A stretch of 64,000 nt of DNA from assembly GCF_009914755.1 (NCBI RefSeq), contig NC_060931.1; one strand, given 5' to 3'. Of the stretch, positions 41,059-54,537 are shown in pieces. The notes beneath the pieces are model-generated. The model was not told where the DNA came from, made no database searches, and saw nothing but the letters and a program-made list of their open reading frames with translations. How positions within the stretch are numbered: the stretch's first letter is position 1; each line of letters opens with the position of its first letter. This stretch comes from the human T2T-CHM13v2.0 reference genome, Homo sapiens. A program made the position numbers and the translations under genes.

Positions 41059-41692
41059 CTGTTAAATAATGATGCAAAATATTTTCAGAGTTTTATTATT
41101 ATCCTCCATTAGAAGAAAAAACATACCTTTAACATAAATCACATTTTAGTGGACTAATATTTAATATAAGTCAACGGCACAAATATACGAAAAAATTTCT
41201 GTCCAATATTATTTATTATTTTTTCAATGTATTTGGTAAAAAAAGTAAAAAAGAAATAGTAGTTTTTAAAAAATTTAGGATGAGTTATTAAATTTCAAAG
41301 TAAAGGGCAATATTTTTCTACCTAATGTTCTTTTATGTGATTTTTAAAAATACAATGAAAAGACTAACAAGGCTACTAAGTAGTTATTTACTTGTTTCTG
41401 CAGATAAAAACCATGAAAATAATAAATGCTTTACCTTGAAGTATCAGCCAATCTAGGATTCATATATTTTTGAATAAACAAACAATTGCCTGATAAGTTA
41501 TTCTATTTATGAGTGCATTCATGTATTCAGAAAGGTTAGATGCAATTGCTGTGGACTGAGAAAGGCAAACAACTTTTTTATAGTAAACAATTACACCGGT
41601 AAATGTCTATGTCCATGCTTATATCTACTGAATAAACAGTAATATATATTTATATATCATTCTTTATCACTGAATTTAAATTTAAAATGTAA

Positions 41693-42068
<376 letters not shown>

Positions 42069-44464
42069 TAATTTACTATCTATATTACTTAGTAGAATAT
42101 TTTTAAAGTTAGGAAACCAATACAATTTGTGAAGCTGATTTTTAATTATAAGTAGAAATTTTATACGAAATCCAGAAGAATTAAACTTGTTTACATTATT
42201 AAAAAAAAGGTAAAATGTATTTATGAATTTGCATTTATTTATAACCTGCAAATATGTTATGGAACTCTCTATACTTTCAAGGATGAAAGAGGTTTTTCTC
42301 AAGACCAGAGATTGAGTGAAGGATTTGATAGTGACTGAGTGTTGACAAGGCTTTCACATAAAATTATTATGGTCTAGAAGCTCACGGAGTGTCATGGCTA
42401 AGAGTAGAGGCAATTCCATGGGCTTGAAAGCATGACTAGAGGAGTAGTCAAAGCCATCAGAGCTAACAGAAAGACAAGTCAAGGGACCAGAGGTGGTTGA
42501 CACATCCATTGGAAATCTTGGGAAATCACGTTCAGAAGCTCACTAAAATTTGATATGAAATTTAGTACTTGTAGGAAAACCAGCATAACATAGTAAGTCC
42601 TTTTACAAAACATGCAAATATTTTTACCTCAAATTAAGTACTTTAAATAAGTCTAAAGGATTTGCTTGGAATATAAATTCAAAAATTCAAGTTAATGAGT
42701 GATTTAATTGGCAAACTTGCTGACTTGGGTCAAAAGATTTTAAAATGTCCGATCTGTTTCTTTACAGATCAAAGATGGCAAAGGACGGAAAGTTACCAAA
42801 AACAATAGCTTAGAAATAGTGCATATGGAATAAAATACATTTTCAATATACTCATAAGGTGAAAGGAATTCAAGCTGCTCACCATAAGCATCCAGTGGTG
42901 AATTCTTTATTGTAGAAATTGATTGAAATACTATTTTCAATTGACCTTTTGGAGTTACCCAAGGACTCCTGTGTCAAAGCCCCATGTTATCAGACAAAAG
43001 TAGCAAATGCTATTGAGGAAAATCGTTTAAATGTTCTCAAAGCAAGGCCAAACCACACAATTATGGTAGCTAACATCACCAGCTTAACTTGAATTAGAAT
43101 AAAAATCAGCATGTAATTTCTGATTGTTTCGTTCTCAAAAGGTAGTGAGAAAACTGAATGAAAACAGGGCCAAATAAAATGCAGAAGTGGAAGATTTACT
43201 AGTGGTAAAAGTAAAGGTTAAACTGTGAACAAGAAGACCCCATGAGTTACATAATTAAAGTAATACACAAATGAGTGCCATTATATTTTCCATTACGTTC
43301 ACTCAAGAGATTCATAAATTCCACAGCAGGATGGCCTGGCAGTTACCAAATGAAATAGAAATATCCAGAGGCAAAGAGCAGTTGCACACCACTGTTTCAG
43401 CCAACAATAAAGAGATTAATACAATTCATGTGAGCAAATTCAGATAGAATACTCTGAGAAATTATTAAAAGCTTTAAAATGTTACTAGATTTTCATCTTT
43501 GTGTTTAATAAATAATTGGCATTTCCAGCATTGCTATTGAATGCTAGTTTCAGAGTAAAATCATTTAAATAACTTTAGCATAAAATCATAAAGACATTTC
43601 ATACAGGCTTCCGAGGAATGGCATTCCATTGACAATACAGAATAAAGAACGGGTATTTAAGGTTAACACCAAAATTAAAATCTGTGACTGACTGAAAAAA
43701 TTCTGCAAAAGAAACCAAGGGGAAAAGGGGGCTAGTGATAATCATTTCAACATTATTGCTAAAAGAAGGAAAATCCCAAATTTTATTATGAGAACTTTTC
43801 TATTATGTTCATTTATAATTATTTTAACAAAAAAATACATAAATTGGTGGTAAAACTACCTGACCCCAGTTTTAAATTAATGCTAGTATTAAATTGCATG
43901 GGAAAATTATGAATAGAATCAGAAAATTTCTATAAGCTTATAGCTCTATGTTTGCATTTATAAAAAATGCAAAACAACTGATAATACTTCAAGGATTAAG
44001 ATAAAATAGAATATGTACTTTATTTTTGTGTGTGTAAACAAAGGATACTTATTTATTTTTTGTACAAGTGTTAAAGATATTCATTTAGAGCAAGAAAATC
44101 ATATACAGTAGACTTGTTATATGTGGTAAGATCAAATTATATATAGTATTCCAAGAAGTGTGTGTGTGTGTTTGGGGGGCGGGTCTTCAATGTTTAAAGT
44201 TTGTGTATTCAGACTTAGTTACTTAGTTATATCTGAAAAGTAGGGTTTTAAATGTAGTATGGAGTAATATTGGAAAAAGAAGTCCTTTTTGCATGTGCTT
44301 TTACAACTGCTGTTAAGACATTACAAGCAGATTAGAATTTTAAAAGATTCTGCCTGACATTGAACAATGTTGATTATAATAGTATTACATTCTCATTGAA
44401 AAACATTGGAAATAGATGAATATCACAATATAATTCCATTATTTAGAGAAGTAGGATTATATGG

Positions 44465-44817
44465 TGTTTTATTCCATTCTGGCTGCTGTAAGAAAATACC
44501 ATAAACTGTGTGGCTTGTAAACAACAGAAATTTACTTCTTACATTTCTGGAGTTAGGAAGCACGAAATCAAGGTACAGGCAGATATAGTGTCTGGAAATG
44601 GCTGGTATCCTCATGGATATCTTCTCATTGTAACCTCAAATGGCCAAAGGGGCAAAGCTGATCTCTGGGGCTTCTTTTTATCAAGGAGACTAATCCCATT
44701 CACTGGGGCTCAGCTCTCATGACCTAATCATGTCCCAAGGGTCTTACCTCCTAATACCATCACTGGTGATTAGGTTTCCACATAAAAATTTGGGGTGGAT
44801 ACATTCAGACCATAGCA
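44465..44817 (-). mobile_element. MLT1A0-like solo LTR
   Basis: ggctgctgtaagaaaataccataaactg..acaacagaaattta..acattcagaccatagca. Confidence 0.9.
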
Positions 44818-44850
44818 CATGCCATCTTCATTTTATACTTTGTTTCACAA

Positions 44851-45240
44851 TGATTGGCTGAATAATGGCTCCCCGAAGATGTCCACATCCTAATCCTCAA
44901 ATCCTTGAGTGTTACCTTACATGGTAAAAACAACCTTGCAAATGCGATTAAGAATCTTGTGTTGGCATCCTGTTATCCTGTGTTATCCAGGTGGACCCAA
45001 TGTAATCAGAGAGTCCTTATTAGAGGGAGGTAAGAGGATCAGAGTGAGAAGTAGAAAATATGACAGTGGAAACGAGAGGATGACACAATTCAAGGAAGGG
45101 GCCAAGAGCCAAGCAATGCAGATGCTCTTCGAAAATGGAAAAAAAAAAAACAAGAAATTCTTCTGATGTCTGCAGAAGGAACACAGACTTGCCAATGCCT
45201 CGAAGTTAGACTTCTGACTCCAGAACTATAAGAAACATTT
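44851..45240 (+). mobile_element. MLT1D-like LTR, 3'-truncated
   Basis: gaataatggctcccc.aagatgtccacatcctaatcc..ttatccaggtggacccaatgtaatca..gacttctgactccagaactataaga. Confidence 0.85.
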
Positions 45241-45244
45241 ATTA

Positions 45245-47720
45245 AGCATGGCATTAAATATTAGATAATATCTCATTCTCTTGATACATTGTAATTTGTA
45301 AAATAATTTCACATTTTTGGACATTTAGTTTGTTTCCAAAATTTTGTTTCATAAAAAGTCTGTGACAACATTAATTATTTACTGAGGACAGACATTTTGA
45401 AGAAGAATTTCTAAATAAAATGGAGAAGCATTTTCAAGCACAATATATTTTGACAAATTGCTTTTAAGGGAGTTTGGGCCTGTCTCCTCAGCTTATTTCA
45501 TTCTATCTTCATTAGCACTGAGTATTAGTTCTGATATTATCTAAAAATGTCCTAAGTGAAAAAAAAATGTTATCTCATTGCTTTAAATTTGCATTCCTGT
45601 TTACTGGTGAAAATGTTTCTTTTTTCTTTTTTTAACCAAATGTACATTACCCTTCGTATGTTCCTTTTGAATAGCCTGCTCATCTTCTCATATTGAGTAT
45701 TATTTTTATAATAATTTGTAAGAATTTTTATATAACAAGGTATATAATATTATTTCTTTCACCTTTATTGCAAGCTTCCAAATTTAACTTCATTTTGGTA
45801 CTTGAATAGCAAGAATCTTTTAAATATTACACAATCAAATTTGCCAGCATTTCTTTTCATGAGTACTAAAAACATTTAGTATTTCCTATCTAGGGAGCAA
45901 TTAAATAGAGCCCAACATCATCACCTTTACCTTTTAATTTTCAACAGTTAATTTTGAAATTTAGTTGAGTGATTGAAGTGAGCAGATACTCTAATTGTAT
46001 GTTTCTAAATGGTCACTTTTTCTTAACAACCTTTGTTTTTTTTGTCTATTCCACATTGAATTATAATGTGTCATTTGTGATAACACTATGAATTATTTTT
46101 ATTGTAATTTTGTTATACTATATGATATGTGGTAAATAATATTTTGCCTTAATATTCAAATATTAGATAATTTCTTAGCTATTCTAGGCCATTTTTTGTT
46201 CCTGAGAATATTTAGAATTTATACATTGTCTTCACATTCACACACACATATTTTGTTTGAGATTTTGGTTAGACATATGGTGTACTTTGAGAAGACAAGA
46301 CGTTTTACATATTCAAAGTTTCCAAAGGATAAATTTTAAAAATTGGATGCAGTCATTTCTTATTAGAATTATTTCTAATGCTTTCTTTATTACTTTGATT
46401 TATTTTCTTTTTGAAATGATTATTTTACTTATCAAGTATTAATAACTGGTATAAAGAAAATCCTTTTTTTGTATTTTTAAAAACTCAGCTATTTTGCTTA
46501 ACTCTTAATAAATCTGATTTCTCCTAAGATTTCTAAGTATATAATTATATAATTTGCCAACAGTAATATTATTATTCCCCTGCATTATTTCTATTTTATA
46601 AAGTATTACATCGTCCAGAACTTTCAAATGATGTTAAGTAATAATGATGATTTCTGGGTATTTTCATTTAAAAAAAAAAAAAAGACTGAAGCATGGAAAT
46701 AATGTTTATAGCATCAATGACTTCTGGTCCCCTAGTCCTTGCTTTGATTCCTTGTCCAGTATTTCAGGAACTGGTAGTCATCCCTGTTCATCAAACCAAT
46801 GATCTTAGTTTTCTCACCTCATCTTTATATGCCATAATGCTTAAACTAGATCCTCCAAATATAATGCTAAATAATAAAGATGAGAGGGAGCATTTTCAAT
46901 AGTAAGAAAAATAATAATCCATCTTTAGTGAATTCTGGCTGCTGGTTTAAGATATATCACCTTCCATCCCTCTATAAATCCTGAAAGCAGTACTGAAGAT
47001 TATAATTTTAATGCTTTTTCAACTGCTATTAATTAGTTTAAGGACATTAACTTGGAATGATTAATATGTTGCATAATATGAATATTAGTCATATTTGCAA
47101 ATATTTTGTCTGCTGTATATATGCAGTATAAATATTTGAAATTATAATTTAAATTTTACTTCTAAGTGAATAGTTACATAGTCTTAAAGAGTTTTTTTAT
47201 TTTTAATGAGTGGGATTTTTTAGACTTTTGCTGTGTTAGAACTTCAAAAACTTGTTTCTAGATTCATTGCATTATGTTTAATATTGTAAGAATCATTTCA
47301 AGGCTGTGACTGAATTATTCGTAGATTTTTTTTTAGATGGTTGAAAATGAGAAATGGTCATTATAAAGATGAAAATGTTAACCTTATGTCTTAAGTAGGC
47401 TACTTCCAACTACTAAAACTATTATATATTTACTTGCTTCTTGCTTTCTTTATCTCTATTTGGCCCAAAAAGTTTGTTACAATATGTTGTAACAATAGAA
47501 TTGCTATCCATTTTTCTTTGTATTTCTAAATTTTTTATTTCTGCATTTGATACCGTTATTGTGTATATGAAGATCCACAGTTCATACATTTATAACAGTA
47601 AATTTTTTATCAGCATAAAATGCCCCTGTTTTCTTGAGGTCTACTTTGTTGGAAATTCATATTGCCAACACTACCTTATTTATTCATTTGCTCGTCACAT
47701 ATTTGTGCTTAAATTTTAAT
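45245..47720 (-). mobile_element. Highly diverged L1ME-like fragments
   Basis: ttttggacatttagtttgtttcca, gttatctcattgcttta, cagaactttcaaatgatgttaa. Boundaries approximate. Confidence 0.55.
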
Positions 47721-50210
47721 TATATTCCAAGCATACAAAATTTGAAAATATTTTATTAAGTAGAAAAAAATATAACATTCAATACAAATATTTTCATTAT
47801 ATTTTCAAAAGTTACAGTTCTGAGATCTTCAACAGGATTTATTAAAACTAATAGGCAAATACTTAATATAATAAGATCAATAATTAAATAATGCTGAAAC
47901 ATTTAGTTTTAAATTTTACTTAGATTTTAAAAATATGTTTAAAAATAAAATTATTCACAATTCTAGCATTCAATATTCATCTGGCTGTAATTGTGAAAAA
48001 TAAGTATCATGCTTCTTGTAGTTATCTAAGATGTACATATATGCATATTTAGGAATAATATGAATTGTATTAATATTGTATTTCTCATCCTCCATGTGCA
48101 TCAGGTGTAGTGTGCCACTGGCTGCTACCCACCTGTCATGTTTGCATACTAAAATTGAACACAAAGAAAAGCAAGACAATGGTCAGCTAAATCCACTTGG
48201 AAACCATATTTTGCTATTTGAGAATCTATTGCATTTATGCCTTCTGAGAGAAAGGATTTTCAAGATATTTATTTTGTCTTTTTCATTTCCACTCTCACAG
48301 ACCTCCATGACATTTTGATTGGGACAGTTTTTGTTTGGAGGACTTGGGGACAAAATATGTGGAGAAACATTTATCTTGGACGTACTTGAATAGTGTTCAT
48401 CATGAGAGTGAGTTTATAAGATTACAGGATTGTCCTCTGTCTATGCTGAGTACCACAACTGGAGTGAGAGAGCACTAGTGTGTTCCATAATGATTTTTTT
48501 GAGTGGGTCTGTTTGTGACACCTTAGGCTTTCTAAAGTTCAGGCTCTGAGCAGGGGTCCCTTGGGAACTAATGTGTGTTGTCTTGGGAGCCTGTACAGGA
48601 TACTGAGCGAGACTCAGACATCTTATCTTCTTTCAAACCATAAATTGTTTTGTTTCAAACCTGTGAAGATGCATATACTATTACTCTAGTTTTTTAAAAA
48701 AATCTTAGTCAAAGAACATATCATTTGCCACATTAATAATTTTTAAGCATACAGTACAATAATGCTAGCTTTATGCACATTGTTGCACAACAGATCTGTA
48801 GAACTTTTTCAACTTGCAAAACTGAAACTTTACATTCATTCTGTTTCTCTTTCTAAGAATTTGACTACTTTACATACTTCATATAAGTAGAATCATGCAA
48901 TATTTGTCTTTTTATAAGTGGCTTATTTCTCTCATTGTAATGTTCCCAGTGTTCAGCCATATTGTAGCTTATGACAGGATTTCCTTCTTTTTTATGCCAG
49001 ATAATATTCCACTTTATGTATATATCACATTTTCTTTAACCAAAATATTTAGGTTGCTTCCACATATTGACTATTGTGTATAAAGCTGCAATAAATATGG
49101 ATGTTCAATATCTCTTTGAGATCCTGTTTCAATTTTTTGATTAAATACTCAGAAGTAGGATTGCTAAATCATATGGTAGTTATATTTTAAATTTTTTGAG
49201 GAAACTCCATACTATTTTCTATAGCCACTTCACTAATTTACATTCTTATCAACAGTGCACAAGTGTTCCAATTTCTCCACATCCTCACCACTGCTTGTTG
49301 TTTTTCAGACAGTGGCCATCCTAAAGAGTGTGAGACCCCATCTCATTGTGGTTTTGATTTGTGTTGCTCCCATGATTAATGACATTGTGCATCTTTTCCT
49401 ATGCTTGTTGAACATTAGTAAAGTTGGACATCTTTATCCTTTGCATGTGGATATCCAGTTTCCCCAACACCATTTGTTGAAGAGTTTGTCCATTCTCCCA
49501 TTGTGTAGTCTTGGCACCTTTGTGAAAGATTATTTGACCATGTTAAGTGAGGGCTTATTTCTGGTCTCTATCCTATTCCATTTGTCTGCATATCTGTCTT
49601 TTGCCACTCCCATAATGTTTTCATTACTGTTGTACATGAAATTAGTATTTTTTCTATTTCTGCAAAAAAAAATGCCATTAGGATTTTGATAGGGATTGCA
49701 CTGGAGTTCTAATTATGGGCATTTTGAGAATATTAAGTTTTCTAATCCATGAACACAAATATCTTTCTGTTTATTTGTGTCTTTATTTCAGCTATGTTTT
49801 GTAGTTTTCAGTGCACAAATCTTCTGCCTCCTTAATTAATTTTATTCCTAAGTATTTTATTTTTTGAGGCTACTGTCAGTGATAGTATTTTCTTTTATTT
49901 CCTTTTAAGATTTTTCACTGTTAATGTAAAACATTACTGATTTTGGGGTGTTAATACTGTATCCTGCAAATTTGTTGAAGTCGTTTTTTAGTTCTAACAG
50001 TATTTTTGTGGAATTCTTATGATTTTCTATATACTAGACATGTCGTCCATGAACAGAGATAATTTTATTTCTTTCTTCTCTACTTGGATGACTTTTATTT
50101 CTTTTTCTTCCCTGATTACTTAGGCTAGGATTTCCAGTACCATGCTGAACAGATGGTTACCATTTGCATGGAATACTTTTTATCATACTTTTACTTTCTA
50201 CCTACTTTAT

Positions 50211-50520
<310 letters not shown>

Positions 50521-50557
50521 TGCCTACATATGTTCTTGTATCTAAAATGATTCTCAA

Positions 50558-50650
50558 TTTGGGAGGCCAAGGCAGGAGCATTGCTTGAGCCCAGTGGTTG
50601 GAGACCAGCCTGGGCAACACAGGGAGACCTTGTCTCTAAAAGAAAAACAA
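50558..50650 (+). mobile_element. FLAM / Alu left-monomer fragment, 5'-truncated
   Basis: tttgggaggccaaggcaggagcattgcttgagcccag..gagaccagcctgggcaacac..tgtctct plus A-rich tail. Degenerate TSD taaaatgattctc / taaagtgatctc. Confidence 0.85.
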
Positions 50651-51513
50651 AATTAAAGTGATCTCTTGTAGACAGCACATAGCTGGATATTGCTTTTAAC
50701 CCTTCAATCATTCTTAATCTTTTGAGTGTGGTATTTACATTTAAAATAATTACTGATAGGGATGAACTTATTATTGCCACCTTTAAGTTGTTTTCTGTGT
50801 GTCTTATAGTTATTTTCTCAATTTCTTTTACTCTTACTGCCGTTTTTTGTGTCTTATTGATTTTTCTGTAGAGACAGGCTTTGATTATTTTGTCAGGCTT
50901 TTTTTTGGGGGGGAGTGCATCTTTTATGGGTATTTTGTTTGTGGTACTATGGGGACTACATAAAACACCTTACAGTTATAACAATCTATTTTAAACTGAT
51001 AACAACTTAACTTTAACTGCATAACAAAACTCTACTCCTTTATGTCTCCCTCCCACACTTTATGTTATCAAAGTCACAGTTATATCTTTTTATGTTTTGT
51101 ATTCATTAGCATAATTTTATAATTATATTTTTCATGCCTTCATTTTTAAATTCTACACCTGAATTAAAACTGATTTACCTGCCACTCTTACAGTATTACA
51201 GGATTCTGTATCATGTATATATTTACCTCTACAAGAAAACTTTCCATTTTTGTTTACTTTTTTTCTTGCTGTCTAGTGTCCTTACATTTTAACTTGAAGG
51301 AAGCTCTTAACAATTCTTATAAGGCATATCTAATGGTGATGAACTTCTTTAGCATTTGTTTATCTGGGAAATTATTTCTCCTTCTGCTTTGAACAACACT
51401 TTTTCCAGATATAGTATTTTTGGTTTGACTTTTTTATTTCAGGAGTTTGCATATGGCCAACCCTGACATTATTGGGCTGAAAACATTTACTCAGCTCACA
51501 CTAATAAAAGTGG

Positions 51514-52450
51514 CTAAACAGCTTCTGCATGGCAAAAGAAACTACCATTAGAGTGAACAGGCAACCTACAGAATGGGAGAAAATTTTTGCTAATATCCAT
51601 AATCTACAAAGAACTTAAACAAATTTACAAGAAAAAACAAATAACCCCATTAAAAAGTGGGCAAAGAATATGAACAGACACTTCTCAAAAGAAGACATTT
51701 ATGCAGCCAACAGACACATGAAAAAATGCTCATCATTACTGGTCATCAGAGAAATGCAAATCAAAACCACAATGAGATATCATCTCACACTAGTTAGAAT
51801 GGCGATCATTAAAAAGTCAGGAAACAACAGATTTTGGAGAGGATGTGGAGAAATAGGAACACTTTTACACTGTTGGTGGGAGTGTAAATTAGTTCAACCA
51901 TTGTGGAAGACAGTGTGACGATTCCTCAAGGTTCTAGAATTAGAAATACCATTTGACCCAGTGATCCCATTACTGGGTGTATACTCAAAGGATTATAAAT
52001 CATGCTACTATAAAGACACAGACACACATATGTTTATTGTGGCACTACTCCCAATAGCAAAGACTTGGAACCAACCCAAATGTCCAACAATGATAGACTG
52101 GATTAAGAAAATGTGGCACATATACACCATGGAATACTATGCAGCCATAGAAAAGGATGAGCTCATGTCCTTTGCAGGGACATGGATGCAGCTGGAAACC
52201 ATCATTCTTAGCAAACTGTTGCAAGGACAGAAAACCAAACACCGCATGTTCTCACTCATAGGTAGAAGCTGAACAATAAGAACACTTGGACACAGGGCCT
52301 GTTGTGGGGTGGGGACCTGGGGGAGGGATAGCATTAGGAGAAATACCTAATGTAAATGATGAGTTGATGGGTACAGCAAACCAACATGACACATGTATAC
52401 CTATGTAACAAACCTGCACGTTGTGCACATGTACCCTAGAACTTAAAGTA
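51514..52450 (+). mobile_element. L1PA6/7-like 3' end (ORF2 C-terminal remnant plus 3'UTR)
   Basis: ORFs 51670-51918 ([29 protein letters not shown]) and 51961-52272 (..NQPKCPTMIDWIKKMWHIYTMEYYAA..) are L1 ORF2p C-terminus. The 3'UTR runs to ccctagaacttaaagta. Confidence 0.96.
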
Positions 52451-53827
52451 CTGGGAGCAAAAATTCAGTGGACTATTAAGAGAAAAGAAAGATAAGAATA
52501 GAGAAGAAAGAACAAATACATCTGATGAATTTCTCATCCATGTAATACCTGCATATAGTTCACAAATAGACATGCCAAGATTACTCCTGGAGCCTATACT
52601 AATTGACATGAATTTTAAAGGATTTCTTTTCCTTGAAACCAAATTTCTGAACAAGATAGTTATTTAATTTTAACTAATTTTAAATAGAATATATGTTAAT
52701 TCTAAATTATCTTAAATATTTTTTAAATTAACCTAAGTATAAGACAGTACAAAACACAGCATAAGTTGATCACATGGTCTTCTACATCGTCTTCAATCTT
52801 ATTTTTGATGTGTTTGCACAGTGACTCTTCGAACTTTTTCAGTTATTATAGGGTATTTTGTTTAATAAGCTTCTTGAAAGAAGATGCTTCTACTGCCAAC
52901 TTCCCCATAACAATTCTCTCTGTCATTCATGGTAATGTGAAGGAGGAACATTTTACTTTTACAATTTTTTTGTTGTAAAATTACATGGCTTTTTAACCAA
53001 TTTTTACAGTTTTTAGGAAGTCAATTATAAAGAAAAATATCATAAAAATCTTCATTTTATTTAGTTCTCTGCCTTACAAAGCAAGAGCATAGTGTGAGCT
53101 TTTCACTGGGTGCTTTTCCAACAATAGTGAGAAGCAAATACAGAAACCAACTAAAAAAAGTTTAATAGTTTCTTACGACTTTCTGTCATAAAACTATAAA
53201 GGCAAACTTGAGAAGATATGACCTAAGAATGCAATGACTTAAGAAAGACAATTTGAAAATCAATTGGCTTTATGAGGTAACTTCTCTGAATTCCATAGTG
53301 TGGCAATTTCTAAAATGAAAAAGCTTTTTCTTGTGTGTGCAAATTTTATTGGTTTCTCTAAACTCCCATAGCAGAAGCTATAAAAGAGAACACAGAAAAC
53401 CAAAAGGTACACAGCACAAAATATTAATATAGTAATTTATTGTATTTTTTAGTATTCCTTCAGTACTCTAAGTACTTTTTAGGCAATATTTAAGTCTTAT
53501 ATCATTGTAAGAAGGGCTACTGGGCTAGTCATTAAAATGTAATATTTAGTTATAGACACTATAAGAAATCTTGGCTAAAATTCTTCCATAGTTTTATATT
53601 AATTCAGTTGAACACTGTATTGTCAAAGACTATATTGCCTCAATATTCTCTACCAGGAGATAAAGTAAAAAGAGTGAAATAAATAAATAATACAGTATTT
53701 CTCCATTTTATACAAAGATTTTCTATAAATATCGAGGCCCATGACCATGTTTAACAGTTCGGTAACTGAAGTGTTAATCTTTTTTTATGGTTAATTTTCT
53801 GTATCTACTATCCAGTTATCATTAAGA

Positions 53828-53975
53828 AGTGATTCTTAATCTTTCGGGGGTTGGAAAACACTTAGAGCATTTGATAAACAACAGAGGATCTTCTGACAAG
53901 AAGACAATTTATTCATTTATATACAACCTAATATATCAAATTTCAGGGAATAAAGAAACTTCAAAACCTAGCTCT
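53828..53975. mobile_element. Charlie4z-like hAT fossil
   Basis: agtgattcttaatctttcggggg..ttagagcatttgataa..aatttcaggg. Confidence 0.45.
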
Positions 53976-54108
53976 GTATTCTCCAAGCTTTTTAACTCTG
54001 TTTAGTACCTCAATAAGTTTAGGCAGCCTTAATTTCTTTTATATCCCCACATTTCTTTTCATGGTAAAACATGAGTGTTTTCTAGGATCCTGATAATGAA
54101 AACCTATA

Positions 54109-54537
54109 CAGTTGACCCTTGAACAATATGGATTTCAATTATGGGGGCCCACCTATAGCCAGATTTTCTCCCACCTCTGCCACCCCTGAGATGGTAAAAG
54201 CCAACTCCTCCTCTGCCTCCTCCTTTTCAGCCTACTCAACATAAAGACAATAAGAATGAAGACCTTTCTGATGATCCACTTCCATGTAATGAATAGTAAA
54301 CATATTTTCTCTTCTTTATAATTTCCTTAATAAGATTTTATTTTCTCTACTTACCTTATTGCAAGAATATAGTATGTCATACGTATAAAGAATATGTGTT
54401 AACTGTTCATCTTACTGTAAAGCTTCTAGTAGGCTAGTAGTAGTTAAGTTTTTGTGGAGTCAAAAGTTATATGTGAATTTTTGACTGCAGCATGAGGGTC
54501 AGTACTCCTAAACTCTGCATTATTTAAGGATCAGCCA
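54109..54537. mobile_element. Tigger2a-like DNA transposon fossil
   Basis: TA followed by terminal repeat cagttgacccttgaacaa. Internal gaagacctttctgatgatccacttcca and ggagtcaaaagttatatg. Decayed right terminal repeat. Confidence 0.88.

Noticed and set aside
42740-42940. 66-aa minus ORF with a nearby GTAACT donor-like site
   Set aside because: No recognisable homology and no convincing exon structure.
51670-52272. ORFs with real protein similarity
   Set aside because: L1 ORF2p C-terminal remnants of a 5'-truncated element, interrupted by a stop and non-functional.
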